Assembly: GCA_016748015.1 (NCBI GenBank)
Contig: JAAOMT010000617.1
Location: 876,635 to 940,634, forward strand
Direction of reading: 5' to 3'
DNA: 64,000 nucleotides
Source: Geosiphon pyriformis uo1
Taxonomy: Eukaryota > Fungi > Glomeromycota
Below, piece after piece: positions 49,313-63,160 of the stretch (within the stretch, counting starts at the first letter, position 1; each line of letters starts with the position of its first letter). The translations under genes and the position numbers were made by a program. Under the pieces are notes generated by a model that saw nothing but the letters and a program-made list of their open reading frames with translations, had not been told where the DNA came from and did no database searches.

Positions 49313-50520
49313 ATACTTTAAAAAATTTGTTTGTAATGTTTATTCTATTATGTTGTTTTACTCATTAATTCAAAATCAATTATTGTTTAATATAATAAGT
49401 AATAATGAAAACAAAAGATTTATTATTAAAAAATATTTAGAGATTTAATATAAAAAAAATTTTAAACTTAATAGTATCTAAGTATACTTATCATATTATA
49501 AATATAGATAAAAAAAATAAGATATTTCATAATAAAGATAGTACTTACTCTTAATTTTTGTCTACCCAAGATATAAAGTTCTATAATTCTATTCTTAATT
49601 GTATTAGCACAAACAAGTTGAAAAATAGGTTTCAAATATTAGAATATTTTGATTAATTCAGGATCTTCTACTATAAAGAGTAATTGCTAGTGGTTAATAA
49701 ACCAAATAGTAATCATATTATAAAGTTTTTTATTATTAATATTAATATCAATTACTACAGAAAACTAAAGCAGTTTCTAATTAAATTGGCCAAAAATCAT
49801 AAAAAAAATAGCAATTTTATCTGTTAAAACATTTTTTCAATTGATTTGTAATCTTTTTAAACATTTTGTTTTTTCTTATTATATTCTTCTATTGTAATAT
49901 ATACTGTTTAGTAAGAAATCTCTAAATAATATTATAAGAATTTGATAGTATTCATAGTTCTATAAAAAAATAGTTTATACACATATTTTGAGACTGTATA
50001 TTTAGCTGTTTTTTTTCTTTTGTTTATTCAAACTTATTAAAATAGTCTTATACTTTACTTTAAAAACTATATTTACCAAATATATTAATATTTAAACTAT
50101 TTGAATTATTAAATTTTATTATTTCAGATTTTGAATTTTTGGTAACATTGAATATTGTTGACAATAAATTTATTTTGATAAGTTAAAAAGTAAAATTGTT
50201 ATATGTACATAGTTTTATATATCTTTTTAATTGATTATAGTAATTAAACAAAATAATGATTAATAAACAAGTAGTACAAATTATATTTTTTTTTAATTCT
50301 ATTAAACTTAAACAAATTTGTAAACTTTAAACCAAACTTAAACAAATTTATGAACTTTGAACCAGACTTGAATTGAACTTAGACTTGTCAAAAAGATTTA
50401 ATATTAAACTTGAATCAAACTTATTTTGAAAAATTGGTTTAGTTCAAGTTTAGTTTGTAATTTAAACCAAACTTGAACAACACCCAATATTTGATTCAGT
50501 TTAGTTTAATTAGAATCCTA

Positions 50521-51195
50521 AGTGGCTTCTCAAAACAATTAATTAATAAAAAAATTTTCCTAATTATCTGAGTTTTAATTATTGTTAATTTGCTTTCTAT
50601 TATTAACAGATTGATATTTAAAGCAAAAGATTTTTTAATGGCCACTTTAACTAAAATTTTTACTATTTTAAAGTTAATTCATTTTTTGTTCAAGAGAATA
50701 TTAAAAGAAGATAAAAAAAACCAATTTCTTTATTCATATTAAATTTGAGAAAACCTAAAGAGAAGTCACAATATATATTACTAATTACTTTCTTGGCTTT
50801 AAAAGTAACAACAGCTAAATCTAAAAGAAACTCACCATTTATGTCTTTTATAATATTATTGTTTTTATTATTATTAAACTCACTGTCTAAATTTGAGTAC
50901 ATATTATTAAAACCAAATTTGATCAACAATATATTTTTCTTATTGCCAAAGTATTTAATATTATTAAGAATTATCTTTTTTTTTAAACAAAAAAACTATT
51001 AGCAAAATCATAAAAAGTCTTTTTGAACATTTTTTTTTTAAATATATTACTGCTTAAAGCAGTTCTTAAGTCTATAACAAAAAAGTTATTAAGTTAAAAA
51101 ATATTAAAAAAAAACAATAAGAAAAATTTAAAACTTTTTTTTCAAAAGTAGATTCTTTAGAAAATTTTGGACATAAAAAAGAAAAAAGTTTTTTA
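50521..51195 (-). mobile_element. Degenerate LINE 5' end and start of ORF1
   Basis: VAIKKSFALNINLL and the 5' motif tgtccaaaatttctaaagaat; probably the same copy as 44730-46390. Confidence 0.65.
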
Positions 51196-51833
51196 TATTT
51201 TATCCAAATTTTTAAAATTTATTATGCTAATTAAACTTATCATTAAATTAAATTAAAATAAGTAAATTTTCAAAAATAAAACACAAGATTTTAAAGTTGA
51301 ATATTTTTTTTAAACTATAATTATTTCTATATATATATATTTTTAGTTTTATAAAATTGTTTTTAAAAGCTTATTATTTTTATTTTTTTATATTGTTCTG
51401 TTATTATTAATTATTTTATATTATTTTATGTTATTATTAGTTGTTTTATATTATTGTATATTATTTTTTATTATTATATATTAATTAAGTATTTTTGTAA
51501 TTAATTAGTTTTATATAAATAATAATATTAATAATTTTTAAAAAAAAATAGTTTTTTTATTTTTTTTATTTTTTGGTTATTTAAACAAAAATAAAAAAAA
51601 TTGTTAAAAAATAATAGCTTAATTATTAATTTATTATTAAAATTTAAAAAATTTTAAATAAAAAAAATTTTTATTTAAAGTTAAAAATATTTTATTAATA
51701 ATTTTTTTTATTTATTTATTAACAAGTGCAGCCCAACCAAAGCCTAGAATAAGTTATAAAGAAAAGTAGCTAACTAAACATGGTTCATGCATTTGCTACA
51801 TGTAACCAGCCACTTGAGCCAATCAAGGCAACA

Positions 51834-54800
51834 CTACACACTTATAGAAACACTAACCCTATAAACAACACCAGACAAAAACAAGAACCTATCCTTAAAA
51901 CCGAAACTGACATCAAGAGAATCCAACACATCAGTAAAACGAACCATGCCAACTGAGAGAGACAGAGCACCCACACCAAGAGCACTGGTCACAACAACAT
52001 TATTACCAATCAAACTACTTCTCTCCATGTCAGACCTGAACTTGGTTCTAAAAAGCCAGAGGTTCATCCTATGACTCTCAGCCAAATGACGGACGAAATC
52101 TACCATCACAAAGGCTGCTTTCTTCTTGTCACTGAGAGAAGCAATGGCCTTATCCATCCAACTCTTGAGAACAAATCCCTTGCAAAAAACAGAATACAAA
52201 CCAACATCAGACACCCCCAAAGAGAAATCTTGTAACACAAAAGAAGGTGACAGTAGATTAAGACCCATTAGAGTTTTCCACAAACTACCAAAGTCACCCA
52301 AAATATCTGACCGCACAGAAGCATCCTTAACACAAATAAAGCCGTGATTGGGGAGTTCCACATCACCACAAAATAAACATGACACAACAGGATAATCCTT
52401 ATTATACAACCTCTTTCAAATAGCAACAGGCAACTTGAAATGAACAGTTTTTATGAAGTACGTACAAAGAGCAGCAATGGCTCGACACGTACTCCCAGAG
52501 AGCATATGAGAGTCAGGGTGCCAAACTAGAGTGGTACTATTCCAATCAACAACCAGACCAAACAAACAAGACAAAACTCCTTGGCCAGGACCCACCTCTT
52601 ATTGAAACTTGTAAATGGAATGAAAAATGTCACATACAAAATGGTGGGCATTACCAGAAACTGGCCTGTCATCAGCAACCACATATCTACAATTAATCCT
52701 GGCAGGGAGAAAGACCCTAGAGTGTACAGCTTGTTCAGCAAAAACATCAGCCATAACATTACCAGTAATGCCAGCATGACCTTTAACTTTAATCCAATGA
52801 ACAGTCAGATCTTTGGATTTAATCAAATCAACCACATGGCACCTTTCTATCCAGCAACTATTGTGACAATCCAGCTGCAAGAGACTCAATTCGGCCACAC
52901 ATGTATCGATAGCTGCTTGACTATCTGTGTGCAAAACCACTGAAACAGAGGCAAGAACGCACTCCAGAGCCAGGACAACAGCCTGTAATTCAGCCAGGGT
53001 TGAAGACAGCACATCATGTACTTCCACCCCTAAACCTTTGTTCAAGCTAGGAAAATAAGCAGCAGCACCACATGCCACCTGAAACATACCCAAGCCTCTA
53101 AGAGAACTGTCAGTATAAACATCAATCTCATCAGCCCACAATCCATGAATCTTCTCATGGATATCGGCAAAAGACGTCAAATCTAAAACACTAGTACAGA
53201 CAGAAGCTAAACTCACAGGAGAGGGAGCATGCAAACAATTATTCAAGTAAGTAGAGGCCTTCAAAAACCATAAAGGCACGGGGCCTCTAAAACCAAGCCT
53301 TTTCCATTGGCAAAACATATGCCAACTAACAACAAAACCATTTTTGTCCAGAAGTTGGTTACCATATGCCACACCAGTAATTTTCAAGGAGCGAACCACA
53401 TTGAAATACAAAGAATCACCCAATACCAACAACATTGGGAAATGGCCAGGAAAGCAAAAGGCATAGGGAAGCCTGTTATCTAAAGATAGCTTGTTGTCAA
53501 GAAATATATGAACCACACCCACCAGAAAATTGTTTAAAGTGTTCACTCTTAGCTTAACAGGATATTGAAGAGGATTCAGCAGAGTCCAGCACAAAACCTG
53601 CAAATCCAAAAATCAATGTTCGAACAGTCAGCCAAGAATTTCAGAAGAATTTGCAAATTGCACAATGGAAGCTACCTTGCATTCAGCTTGCAACTGTTCA
53701 AAAGATTTCAGTCCATAAAGAGAGAGGTGGTGCAACACCTCATTGGGAAAGTCTCTCGGCAAATTGGCTTTCGACCTAAGACCTTTTCTAATTAGAACAT
53801 CCCATTTTAGACATACAGCTTTGGAAACAAAACTAAACTGTGTTTGATAATTGACTATGGGCTGCAAAACAGCTGAAACCAGATAAAAGAATTGTTATTA
53901 GAGACAGCCTTCTGGAAAACCATGTTTAAGAAGAACCTAACATCTGAATTGGCTTTGGCAAGACTCGGCTTAAATAAGCCATCAGTGGACAAGAAAATAC
54001 CCAAATATTGATGACCTACACCAGGATTGGCAATAGCAATAGCCTGGCCATTGATGGATAAAACAGGAACCCCTACTCTTTTGTTGATAGGAATGGCAAC
54101 CATCTTCTCGTTGTTTATGTTAATGTTATTGATGAGGAAAAACTCACTGGCCACATTAAAAATATGCTGTGTAAAGGCTTGCCCATTTCCCATCCAAATA
54201 GTGTCATCGACAAAGGCACCAGCCATGAAAAAAGAAGTCATACCCCTATTAGTCTCAATCCTTCCAGTCTTTGTCACAAAGTTTGAATTAATCCGATAAC
54301 CACACAAATAATTTTGTCTCACAACTTCACATAACAAGGGGTTGTAAAAAATTTTCCATAGAAGAGGTGAGAAAACTTCACCCTGATCCAAACCATCAAG
54401 AACTTTGTATCCATTAGAAAGACCAAAATCTGTCATAACTCTGTTGAAGCAATTGTTGTGAATGTTGCCAAAAAACTTGATAAACTTGCCACACATTTTG
54501 ATACGATGTAAACTAGCTTCCAAATGAGACCAACCAACAGAGTCATATGCTTTGTGCATGTTTTGAAAAACCAGCTAAAGTTCACAGTCTTTTTCCAAAA
54601 CATCCTCTACAATTAAACTTACAGCCAAAATTGGTGACTGAGTAGAAGTGCTTTTGAGAACAGAAAAGTTGTTACCGTGGAGAACATCAAACTTACTACA
54701 AACAAGAGAGATCCTGTCTGAGAGAACTTTTAACAGAATCTTTCTGGCCATCTCAATCAATGTAATAGGCCATGTATTCAACAAAACACCATCCCAATCA

Positions 54801-56518
54801 TAAGGCTTAGGAATCATGGACACCCAGGCCTCCTTTCAATGGACTAGAACATTACCAAAACACAAACAAGAGTTCAGCAAAGACAACAAACACTCCAAAA
54901 CCAAACATCTAGCATGTTTCCAAAGTTCATTGGTGATACCAAAAAAACCAGCAGCTTTGCCATCAGGAAGATTGCTTATAACCAAAGACATCTCACATAT
55001 GGTAATATTACACATAACCTGACTAAAGGCACCATCATTAACATAAGCCAAAGGGGCATATTGTTGTGCCCAAGAACCAGACAGAACAGAAAGAACATTC
55101 TACTTTCTGGTCCAATTAACCATAATGTCATCCACTTTGAGCTTCACTTCATTAGGTTCCAAAATAAAAGAGTCACTAACAACCAAATGGTCTAGAACAA
55201 CTTTGCAAAAAGGCTGCTCCAAGATGCTCTGAATCATCTCATCTTTGTTTGTATTGAACATTTCCATACGCTTATCAATCGTGTCTCTAATAGCAAATCT
55301 TTTGGCCACTTCAGATTCATAATATTTGGACTTTCTATATTGCTTTCTAACTTTCAAAAGATGACTTATCAAGCCAGCAGAACTCACATCATCTCTGACC
55401 ATACCAAGAACTTTGGAAGCTTCAGAAGAGTCAACTTTAAACCAAGTATCAGCCAAACAATTAAAGTCCAACATATCATTCAGTTTCATCATTTTTAATA
55501 ACTTGGCAACCAACAGCTCTAACCTGGAAAACTTAGAAGAAAGTTTATTCTTAGCACAATCAAATTCACTATACTAATGTCTTAAAAATTTTTTTTCAGC
55601 AGAAGCAGTCATGGCTTCAGCTAGCACCCCCCACATTCCATCCAAATTGCCACCATCCTCAGCCATCTTGAACCTATCCAGAGAATCCAAAAGTGCACAC
55701 TCAGAAAGTTCTTTAAAATGCGCCCACTTTTTCTTATTAGCATCTTTAACCTTAAACTTCCAGTGATCCTTATTAGCATGCTTGTAGATGCTGTTCAAAC
55801 GAGCATCCAGAAGACCATCCAGCCCAATAGACATTAAGACAGCCAAGTAATCCGTGTCAAAAAATTCCAAAACAGAACTAACTTCACAATCCATAACAGC
55901 TGAAATCAAAAAGTCACTAACTAGAATATAGTCCAAAACCTTGCTAACACTTTTTGAATTGCTCCAAGTAGAAATCCTAGTTAGAGAGTGGCCACCAAAA
56001 ACATTAACTAGACCCAAATCTAAACATTTTCTAAGACTCGTCCCCTTGACTGAATTATCTTCATTAAAATCCCCACCTATAACAACAAAAAAACTTTTGT
56101 TGACAATATCAGCAATGAATAAATTAATAACAGAAGCCTGAGCAAAATGGTCACCATTAGACGCACAGGCATAAAGCCCAATAACAGACACAGAAAGCTT
56201 GTTCTTGAACAAAAGATGAATTGAAAGAACTCTGCCTTTTACCTCCTCAACTTTGGAAACATGACAAACCAGAGAATTGTTCACAAAAATGGCCACACCA
56301 GCCCCTTGAAACCCAACATCCAGACCAGACGTAAAAACCCAAACACTCTCAAACCTTTTTATGATCCATGGTTGTGAACTGGAACACAACTTGGTTTCTG
56401 TAACAATTAAGATCAAACTACCAGATTCCTTATGCCAGTAAAAAATGTCTTCCTGTTTTGCAGGTTTGTTCATTCCCCTAACATTACACGTGGCAATTTT
56501 CCAAATAAAACTGGTCAT
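51834..56518 (-). pseudogene. LINE ORF2 (APE, RT, RNase H, CxxC)
   Basis: ATCNVRG, VTETK, GGDFN, LDYILV; KAYDSV, GLDQGEVFSPLLW, AFVDDT; VYTDSS, KVKGHAG; CLFCG. Confidence 0.92.
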
Positions 56519-58376
56519 TGTGACAAAGAGATAACTGAAGAACCTGAGCCAGCACACAACTGATCCAACTTAGCCAAAATTGAACCAACAGAGATGTTGA
56601 GGGCAACCAACTTCGATTCCAGACTACCAACTTTAGAAGTCAGGACTTTGGAACTACTCAGACCCAAGAGTGAATTAGCAACACCCAAAGAGAAAGAAGT
56701 AGGCTGGACAACAAGATTATCAACTGCCATGTCAAAATCCAAGTCGGAGTTTGTAACCATAAGAGAAACAGGAGATGGGAACTGAGAAACAACCACAGAA
56801 GGAGCCATTTGAGAAAAAGGCACCAAGGATGCTGAACCAATATTGTTAAGATGAGAAAAAATGTTCAAAATTTGTTTAGACAAAAGCTCCACAGAGCATT
56901 TCAGAAGCACCAAGTGAGCACTCAAAGAAGAATTAACTACAGGTAGAGAGAGAGGTGCTCCACCTGAACTCAAAGCACCAGAGGGCAGGAAACTGGAACC
57001 AGAACCAGCATGAAAACCATGAGAGACCGAAGCAACTGAAACCACTTGAGCCCAAGATTTGCCACCAAAGACAACAGGACAAGAGATTAGTACCTTCTTC
57101 TTTGCATACAATTTGGCCAGTTGGAGACAATTATCTAAGTTGGCAGGCCTTATAAAAAACTTTGAAAATTTGAGGGCTGATGCAACCTCAGCATCACATT
57201 CCAAGGCAAAATGACTGAACTTCCCACACCATTCACAGCAAACCAAATCCAGCCTAGCCCATAAGAGTTTTACACCACCAAAGATTGGCTCTGTGCAAAA
57301 AGCTAACTCCAAAATCTCATCAAAATCAAAACAAACAACAGCATAGTGGACCCTATTACCAGTTTCCAATGACTGATTTATGGCACAAGTTTTTCCACCA
57401 GCCCTTTCAAGAAGATCCCCAAGATCATGAGCAGTAATTTCCACCAGCAAAGTAAACAAAAACACCCTGAACTGATCCCTAGATGCCCAAGTTTCACGAT
57501 CACCCACCACTATAGCCACACAAACCAAGTCTTTACCAATTAGGAAAGACCACCTAGCAGCCAAAGACACAATCTGTTCCAGTTTGGCAAATTCTACCAC
57601 AGCCTTTTGCCATAAACCAATCAACTGGATTTTGATTGACTCAATTTTTCCAAACTCGGATACTGCAGCAATGATCATTTTCTTCAGCATATCCATGGGA
57701 ATTTCCTTGATTACTACAGTCTGATCTGAATGAATTCCTTGTCTCTTAAGATCGCTGTTTACTATGATGTTATTTTTTTTGGCCAATAATGCAGCCTTTT
57801 CCATGCTTTCTGATGAAGTAAACATTGATCTGATGATTTTTTCAAATTTTGAGGGAGTAGTGGCCCCCCAAAACCATTAATACCTGAAAATAATTTCCTT
57901 ATGACCTGAGTTTTAGCTGTTGTCGATTTCTCTTCTACAGCCGAAAAATTGATGTCCAAAGCAAAAGATTTCTTTACAGCTACTTCCATCTGAGTTTTAA
58001 CAATTTTGGGGTCCACCCACACCTTTTTTAAAGAGAAAAACAAATAGGAAGGAAGAGAAACTTCTTTCTTATCATCTATGTTATAATTAATAGAGCCGAA
58101 AGGGGAACCAATAGCCGCACCAGTATTGAAATGCTTCACATTAGACATATTCATTTGGGAGTCAGAAGTGGCTTTACCATCAAAGGCTTCTCCATCTGTA
58201 TCCATGCTAGTAAGTTGTCCATCCACACTAACAGACCTACCATCTTTGAGATTCTTATTCACACTTGAAAGTTTAACACCACTGAAAGGCTTTTTGACTT
58301 TTTGAATTGAACCACCACCAACTGAACTAGCGGTCAAAACTTTGGCAGATCTTCTCTTAGCACTAGGATCACTCAT
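56515..58376 (-). pseudogene. LINE ORF1
   Basis: MSDPSAKRRS..., frameshift near 57870, VIKEIPMD...EFGKIESIKIQL, CEWCGKFSHFALEC knuckle. Confidence 0.88.
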
Positions 58377-61101
58377 AGTGGCAGCTGGTCCAACAACAAA
58401 AGGTTTGATTCTTGTGAAATAGTGGAAAACAGTATGCAAAAACAGAAAAAACTTCTTTCAAAATTTTACTCTTTTTTAGGAATTTGGGACAAAGGAGAGA
58501 AAAAAGTTTTTTAAAAAAAATAGTAATAATTATAAACTGTTTTATATCTTTGTTTTAACAAATATAATTTAATTATTAACTATAAATAAAAAATTTAAGA
58601 TTTTAATAAATTATAATTTATATGTTTTTTACATATGATTAGTTATTTAAACCAGTTAAAATTAAATTAAAATAAATTGAAAAAATTGAAAATAAATATA
58701 ACTTATCTAATTTATTAATATAATTATTTAAATTACAACTATTAAAAATAAAATCACTCAAAAACAATCTAGTTTTTTTTTAAATTATATTTAACTTATG
58801 TACTACAAAAATATTAAATATTTAAAAATTAACTTATTTTAAAAAAAAATTATAATATTTAATATAATATTATTAAACTAATTAAAATTTAATTTAATTT
58901 TAAAAAAAACAAAGTTTTTAAACTGATTAGCCAAAATTAAAACAAAACTAAAAATAAAAACCAATTATTATAATCATATTAACTATTAATTTAAAATTTT
59001 TTTAATTATTTAAAGCTAAAAAAAAGATAAAAGATAAAAATAATCAAAAAATAATCAAAAAATCAATTAACTTAACAATAAATTTGATTAATATAATTAA
59101 ATTAAAGATTAAAAATTTCAAAAAATCTAATTTAAAACCAATTACAAAATTAATAATAACAGTAGCCAAAACAGTTAAAAATATAATTATAGAAATAATT
59201 AATAATATAAAAAAACTTTAAATATTAATAAAAAAAAGAATTAAAAATCTTAAAATTATTTACAAATTTAAACAAACTTAAAAAAAAAAAAAAATATTTT
59301 ATAATCTATGAAAAAATAATTTAGAGCTTAATACTTATAATACTAATAATATTTAAAAATTATTTATTAGATATAATTCTTATATAAAATACTAATTTTT
59401 AAATTAAAAATTTAAGAAATAAAACAAGTTTAATTACTAACATAAAAAATCAAATTAATAATTTTCAAAATTATATAACCAAAAAATTAATTAATTAATT
59501 AGTCTTTATTAAGCTAAAAAAAAGTTAATACTGTTTTTTTAATTGATATAAATTAATAAATAAAAACAATAACAGCAGAAAAAAATTTATTAAATTAAAT
59601 AACAATATATTATTATAAATTTATAGATTTTAATTTAACCAAAATAACAACACTAAAAACACTTAAAATATTTTTAATATTATTAAAAAATATATTAAGA
59701 AAAATATTATAAAATATAATAAAAGAAAAAAAAACAAATGTTATTACAAAAAACTTTGCAATTTTAAAAATAAATAAAAACATCAAATTAGTAATAGCAA
59801 TTTTGGTAACTGTATTTAAAAAAGGTTAAAATGTAAATTTTATACAAAACAACTTAATATTATTTTTTAAAATAAATTTATATTTAACAAAATCAAATAG
59901 CAAACAAAACAAAAAATCAATAAAAATTAATTTAATCTTAAATATAATATTAAACATTAAAATAAAAGTTATTTACTTAAAAAATTTTTGTTAATTAATA
60001 TTAGTTTTTCAAACATTACTAATATTATTAATATTTAAGAAAATGGTTTTAAGATATTTTGTTTGGTTGTTTTTACAACAAAAAGTATTTTTTTGTTAAA
60101 ACTTTATTAATTACTATAGAAGAAATAATGATTACAACTTTTTTACTTTTTATTCTAGTTGTAATTATAAAAATAAAAATAAAAAAGAGTTTCAATAATT
60201 GTTTTTTGTTTTTATTACTTAAATTAGTAAAATATTTAATAATTTAATAAAATAGTTTAGAGTTTATTAAAATATACATTTAGCTTTCAAAAGGTTATAA
60301 AAATATTAGCAAAAAAAAAAAAAGTTAAAACTTAAAATAATACTATAACCAAATGTGTAAAAAAAAACTTTTTTTTTTTTTTTTGAAAAAATGTATTTTA
60401 CAATTAAATATATTCTTTTTAAATTAGCATAATTATTACAAATAAATATTTATTGTTAATAAAATTGTTTTAAGAACTGGACTGATTCAGATCCAATTAT
60501 AATCTTATTTTTTTGAAAATAGAATATAAAAAAAAAATTGTTTTTTATTATTAAAAGTAAAATAAGAAATTATCTTTTGTTATTTTATCTTTTAGAAATT
60601 TTTATAATAAATAATGGTTGTCAAAGTAATTTGGTAAAAATATTCGTTTTATAATTGAACGGACCTCAAAAGGATAAGTATTAAATTATAAATACAACGA
60701 TTTCAGGTTTAGGATTTTTGGATTCAAAGAAAATATTGTTTAAAATGAAAAGAAGGATTCTAGATTAGATTCGAAAACATTAATAGTTTCATTCAAACAA
60801 ACAAACAAACAAACAAATAAATAAATAAATAAATAATGGTTGGGTAACCCATATGCAAATTTGGGTGAAAATTGTTAAACTTTTTCTTTGTAAAAGTAAT
60901 AAGAATTTCGTCGTGAGATAACCATTTTCATACAAAAAACGCAATTTCTTAAATAGAATGGAATAACACCCAGCCTCCAATGGTTAGTGAATGGTGTCAT
61001 TTGTAACTCTTTTTATGTGCTAAAATATTAAATATTTTATTGGTTGATATTAATCAAACGGGAATTTACAAAATTTTATTTTTGAAATAATGGCATCATT
61101 G

Positions 61102-61135
<34 letters not shown>

Positions 61136-62229
61136 AATTATTATAATTATAATTATTATTATTATTATTAAAAACAATTGATTAAACGCAACTGACCATG
61201 TTTAAGCGTTAAATTTCACAATTTTCAACATTCTCTTAATAAAATGACGAAACATTTATTGATAGGCCCAGAAAATGGAAAACAGTAGATGAAAACTTTT
61301 TTTTTTTTTTTTTTTTTTTTGGACGGTGTTTGGATTGTCATTTTGTTATTCAAATTTCCAAAACTTTTTTTTTGTAAATTTTGAAAAACTTGAAAAACCA
61401 GGATGAATTATCGTTTAGTCCAAAACAAATTTGAATGCATCAAAATGCATAAACGCAAAGACCTCTTTTAAATTTCTTTTAACCACATTTTTCCAATTGC
61501 TTATCGTTATTTCCTACAATATTAATATTCACTCTTTGTGATTACTTATTCATAATATTTATTAAATTCAAGAATATCATATTAGAATTACGCAATTGAA
61601 TTGATGGAAATTACTAATAATAATAATAACATTAAACCAAACTCCCAGTTATATGTCGTGATAGTGATCACCGCATCACAATCATTCTTAACCCTTTTTT
61701 AGGAGGAGGAAAAAGTAAAAAAAAGACTGATAATTCTTTTTGGTCCGATTAGTGATGTGATGGGATGTGATAGGATTGGTAGATATGATGGATAGGGTGG
61801 GGTGGGTATTTTTTTTATGACATGTAGTTTCAATGCACGCGTCGTCAATACCACGACACAATGTCGCCAATTTTCCCCTTATGTGATCATTATAGCGTTT
61901 GATTGTCTCATTATTATCGTCATTTCTTATTTAAACTTTTCATTCACTCTTTTATTCATCAGTTATTATTATGATTAAGGCTTACCATAATATTTGATTT
62001 TAGGTATATCGCGTGTGTTACCAAAAAAACTTGATTAAATATGAAAGGTGAAACTTGAAAGATTGGGAAGCTTAACTTTAGTGGTTAGTGGTTAATGGTT
62101 TTACCACTCTTGGTGTTATTACATTTTTAAAAATTAAGATGACCCCAAAAAGGTAACTTTTTTCCATTAACAGGTATAATGATCTTTTAAAACCATAACA
62201 TAACATTGTCAACTGCAGCAAAAACGACC

Positions 62230-62262
<33 letters not shown>

Positions 62263-62340
62263 AACAATAAACAACAACAACAACAACAAAAACCACTGCA
62301 ATAACAACAACTGCAACGACGACAACAATAACAACAACCC
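62230..62340. repeat. (CAA)n microsatellite
   Basis: Directly visible. Other microsatellites lie at about 31097 (AAT), 60795 (AAAC/AAAT), 61102 (CAT/ATT) and 62656 (ATTT/CT). Confidence 0.95.
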
Positions 62341-63160
62341 CGACAAATAATAATAAATTTGCGAATTTTCAAAATGGCATCCTTATCTTCTCTAATTGGT
62401 TTAATATTGAGGAAAATATTATGATTTGATAAGCTTCAGATCAAAATTTTTTTACCACTATTATAAAATACCAGTATTTCTTTTAATGACTAATCCTGAC
62501 CTTAATCATTAGTAATATGTGAGTCAGTTATTGTCAGTTCATTCTAAAACAGCCTCAACAAGGGTCTTTGAATTGAATGATTTGAAACAAGCCACAAGGT
62601 TTTAATAAGCACTTTTTAAGAAACAAAAAAGGTTCAAATGTTTATATATTGTCAGTTATTTATTTATTTATTTATTTATTTATTTCTCTCTCTCTCTCTC
62701 TCTATAAATATATATATAAAAATAAAAAAAGCAAGATTTTCATTTTGTCTACTAATTTATTTTGTTTTCTCAATGATTGTTTCAAATCAAATCTTTTCCG
62801 ATTAATTTGAACTTTTTTCTTTGTATTTTTAAATTATTTTTTTAATGATGCATACAAACAGTCAACATTTAAACATGTTTTGGTACCTGTTGAAATTTAA
62901 ATATTTTCGGATAATATTTTGACATACAACTAACTAAGCCTCCAAATAGTCTAGAAGGAAAAGTTTAGTATTTTTCATGGGATGAAAAAAAAGAAATTCA
63001 AACGCTAAAAATTTAATGAAATAAAAAAAAAAACTCGTGATAATGCTCAGAATAAGAAAATTCATTTATTAATATCAATTTTTAATATAAAGAAAAAGAA
63101 AAAGAAAATGCAAATTAGAACAACCCTGAAACTTGATAAATTTTGAATATTAAACTTTTT

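Larger units (their letters stand above)
46394..50520 (-). mobile_element. hAT DNA transposon relic carrying a solo LTR and a tandem array
   Basis: Minus-strand T**NSTY (TRWNSTY) near 47730, CTVLDPR near 47245 and MACNYLAIQ..ECVFFA..IT..L..KTLRAIQC (hATC dimerisation domain) at about 46660-46820. Eroded TIRs TAGAGTTATA / TAGAATCCTA and dense aaactgaac/gtttagtt subterminal repeats at both ends. Confidence 0.8.
51703..58510 (-). mobile_element. Full-length non-LTR retrotransposon (LINE copy 2, related family), inactivated
   Basis: Same organisation as 37960-44714; tail (taaa)n then poly-A on the minus strand. Confidence 0.92.

Noticed and set aside
51690-58530. TSD for LINE copy 2 and an 8-bp TSD for the hAT relic
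   Set aside because: Only short AT-only matches expected by chance; the hAT flanks do not match.
62078-62372. Poly-Cys / poly-Leu ORFs
   Set aside because: Antisense translations of a (CAA)n microsatellite.
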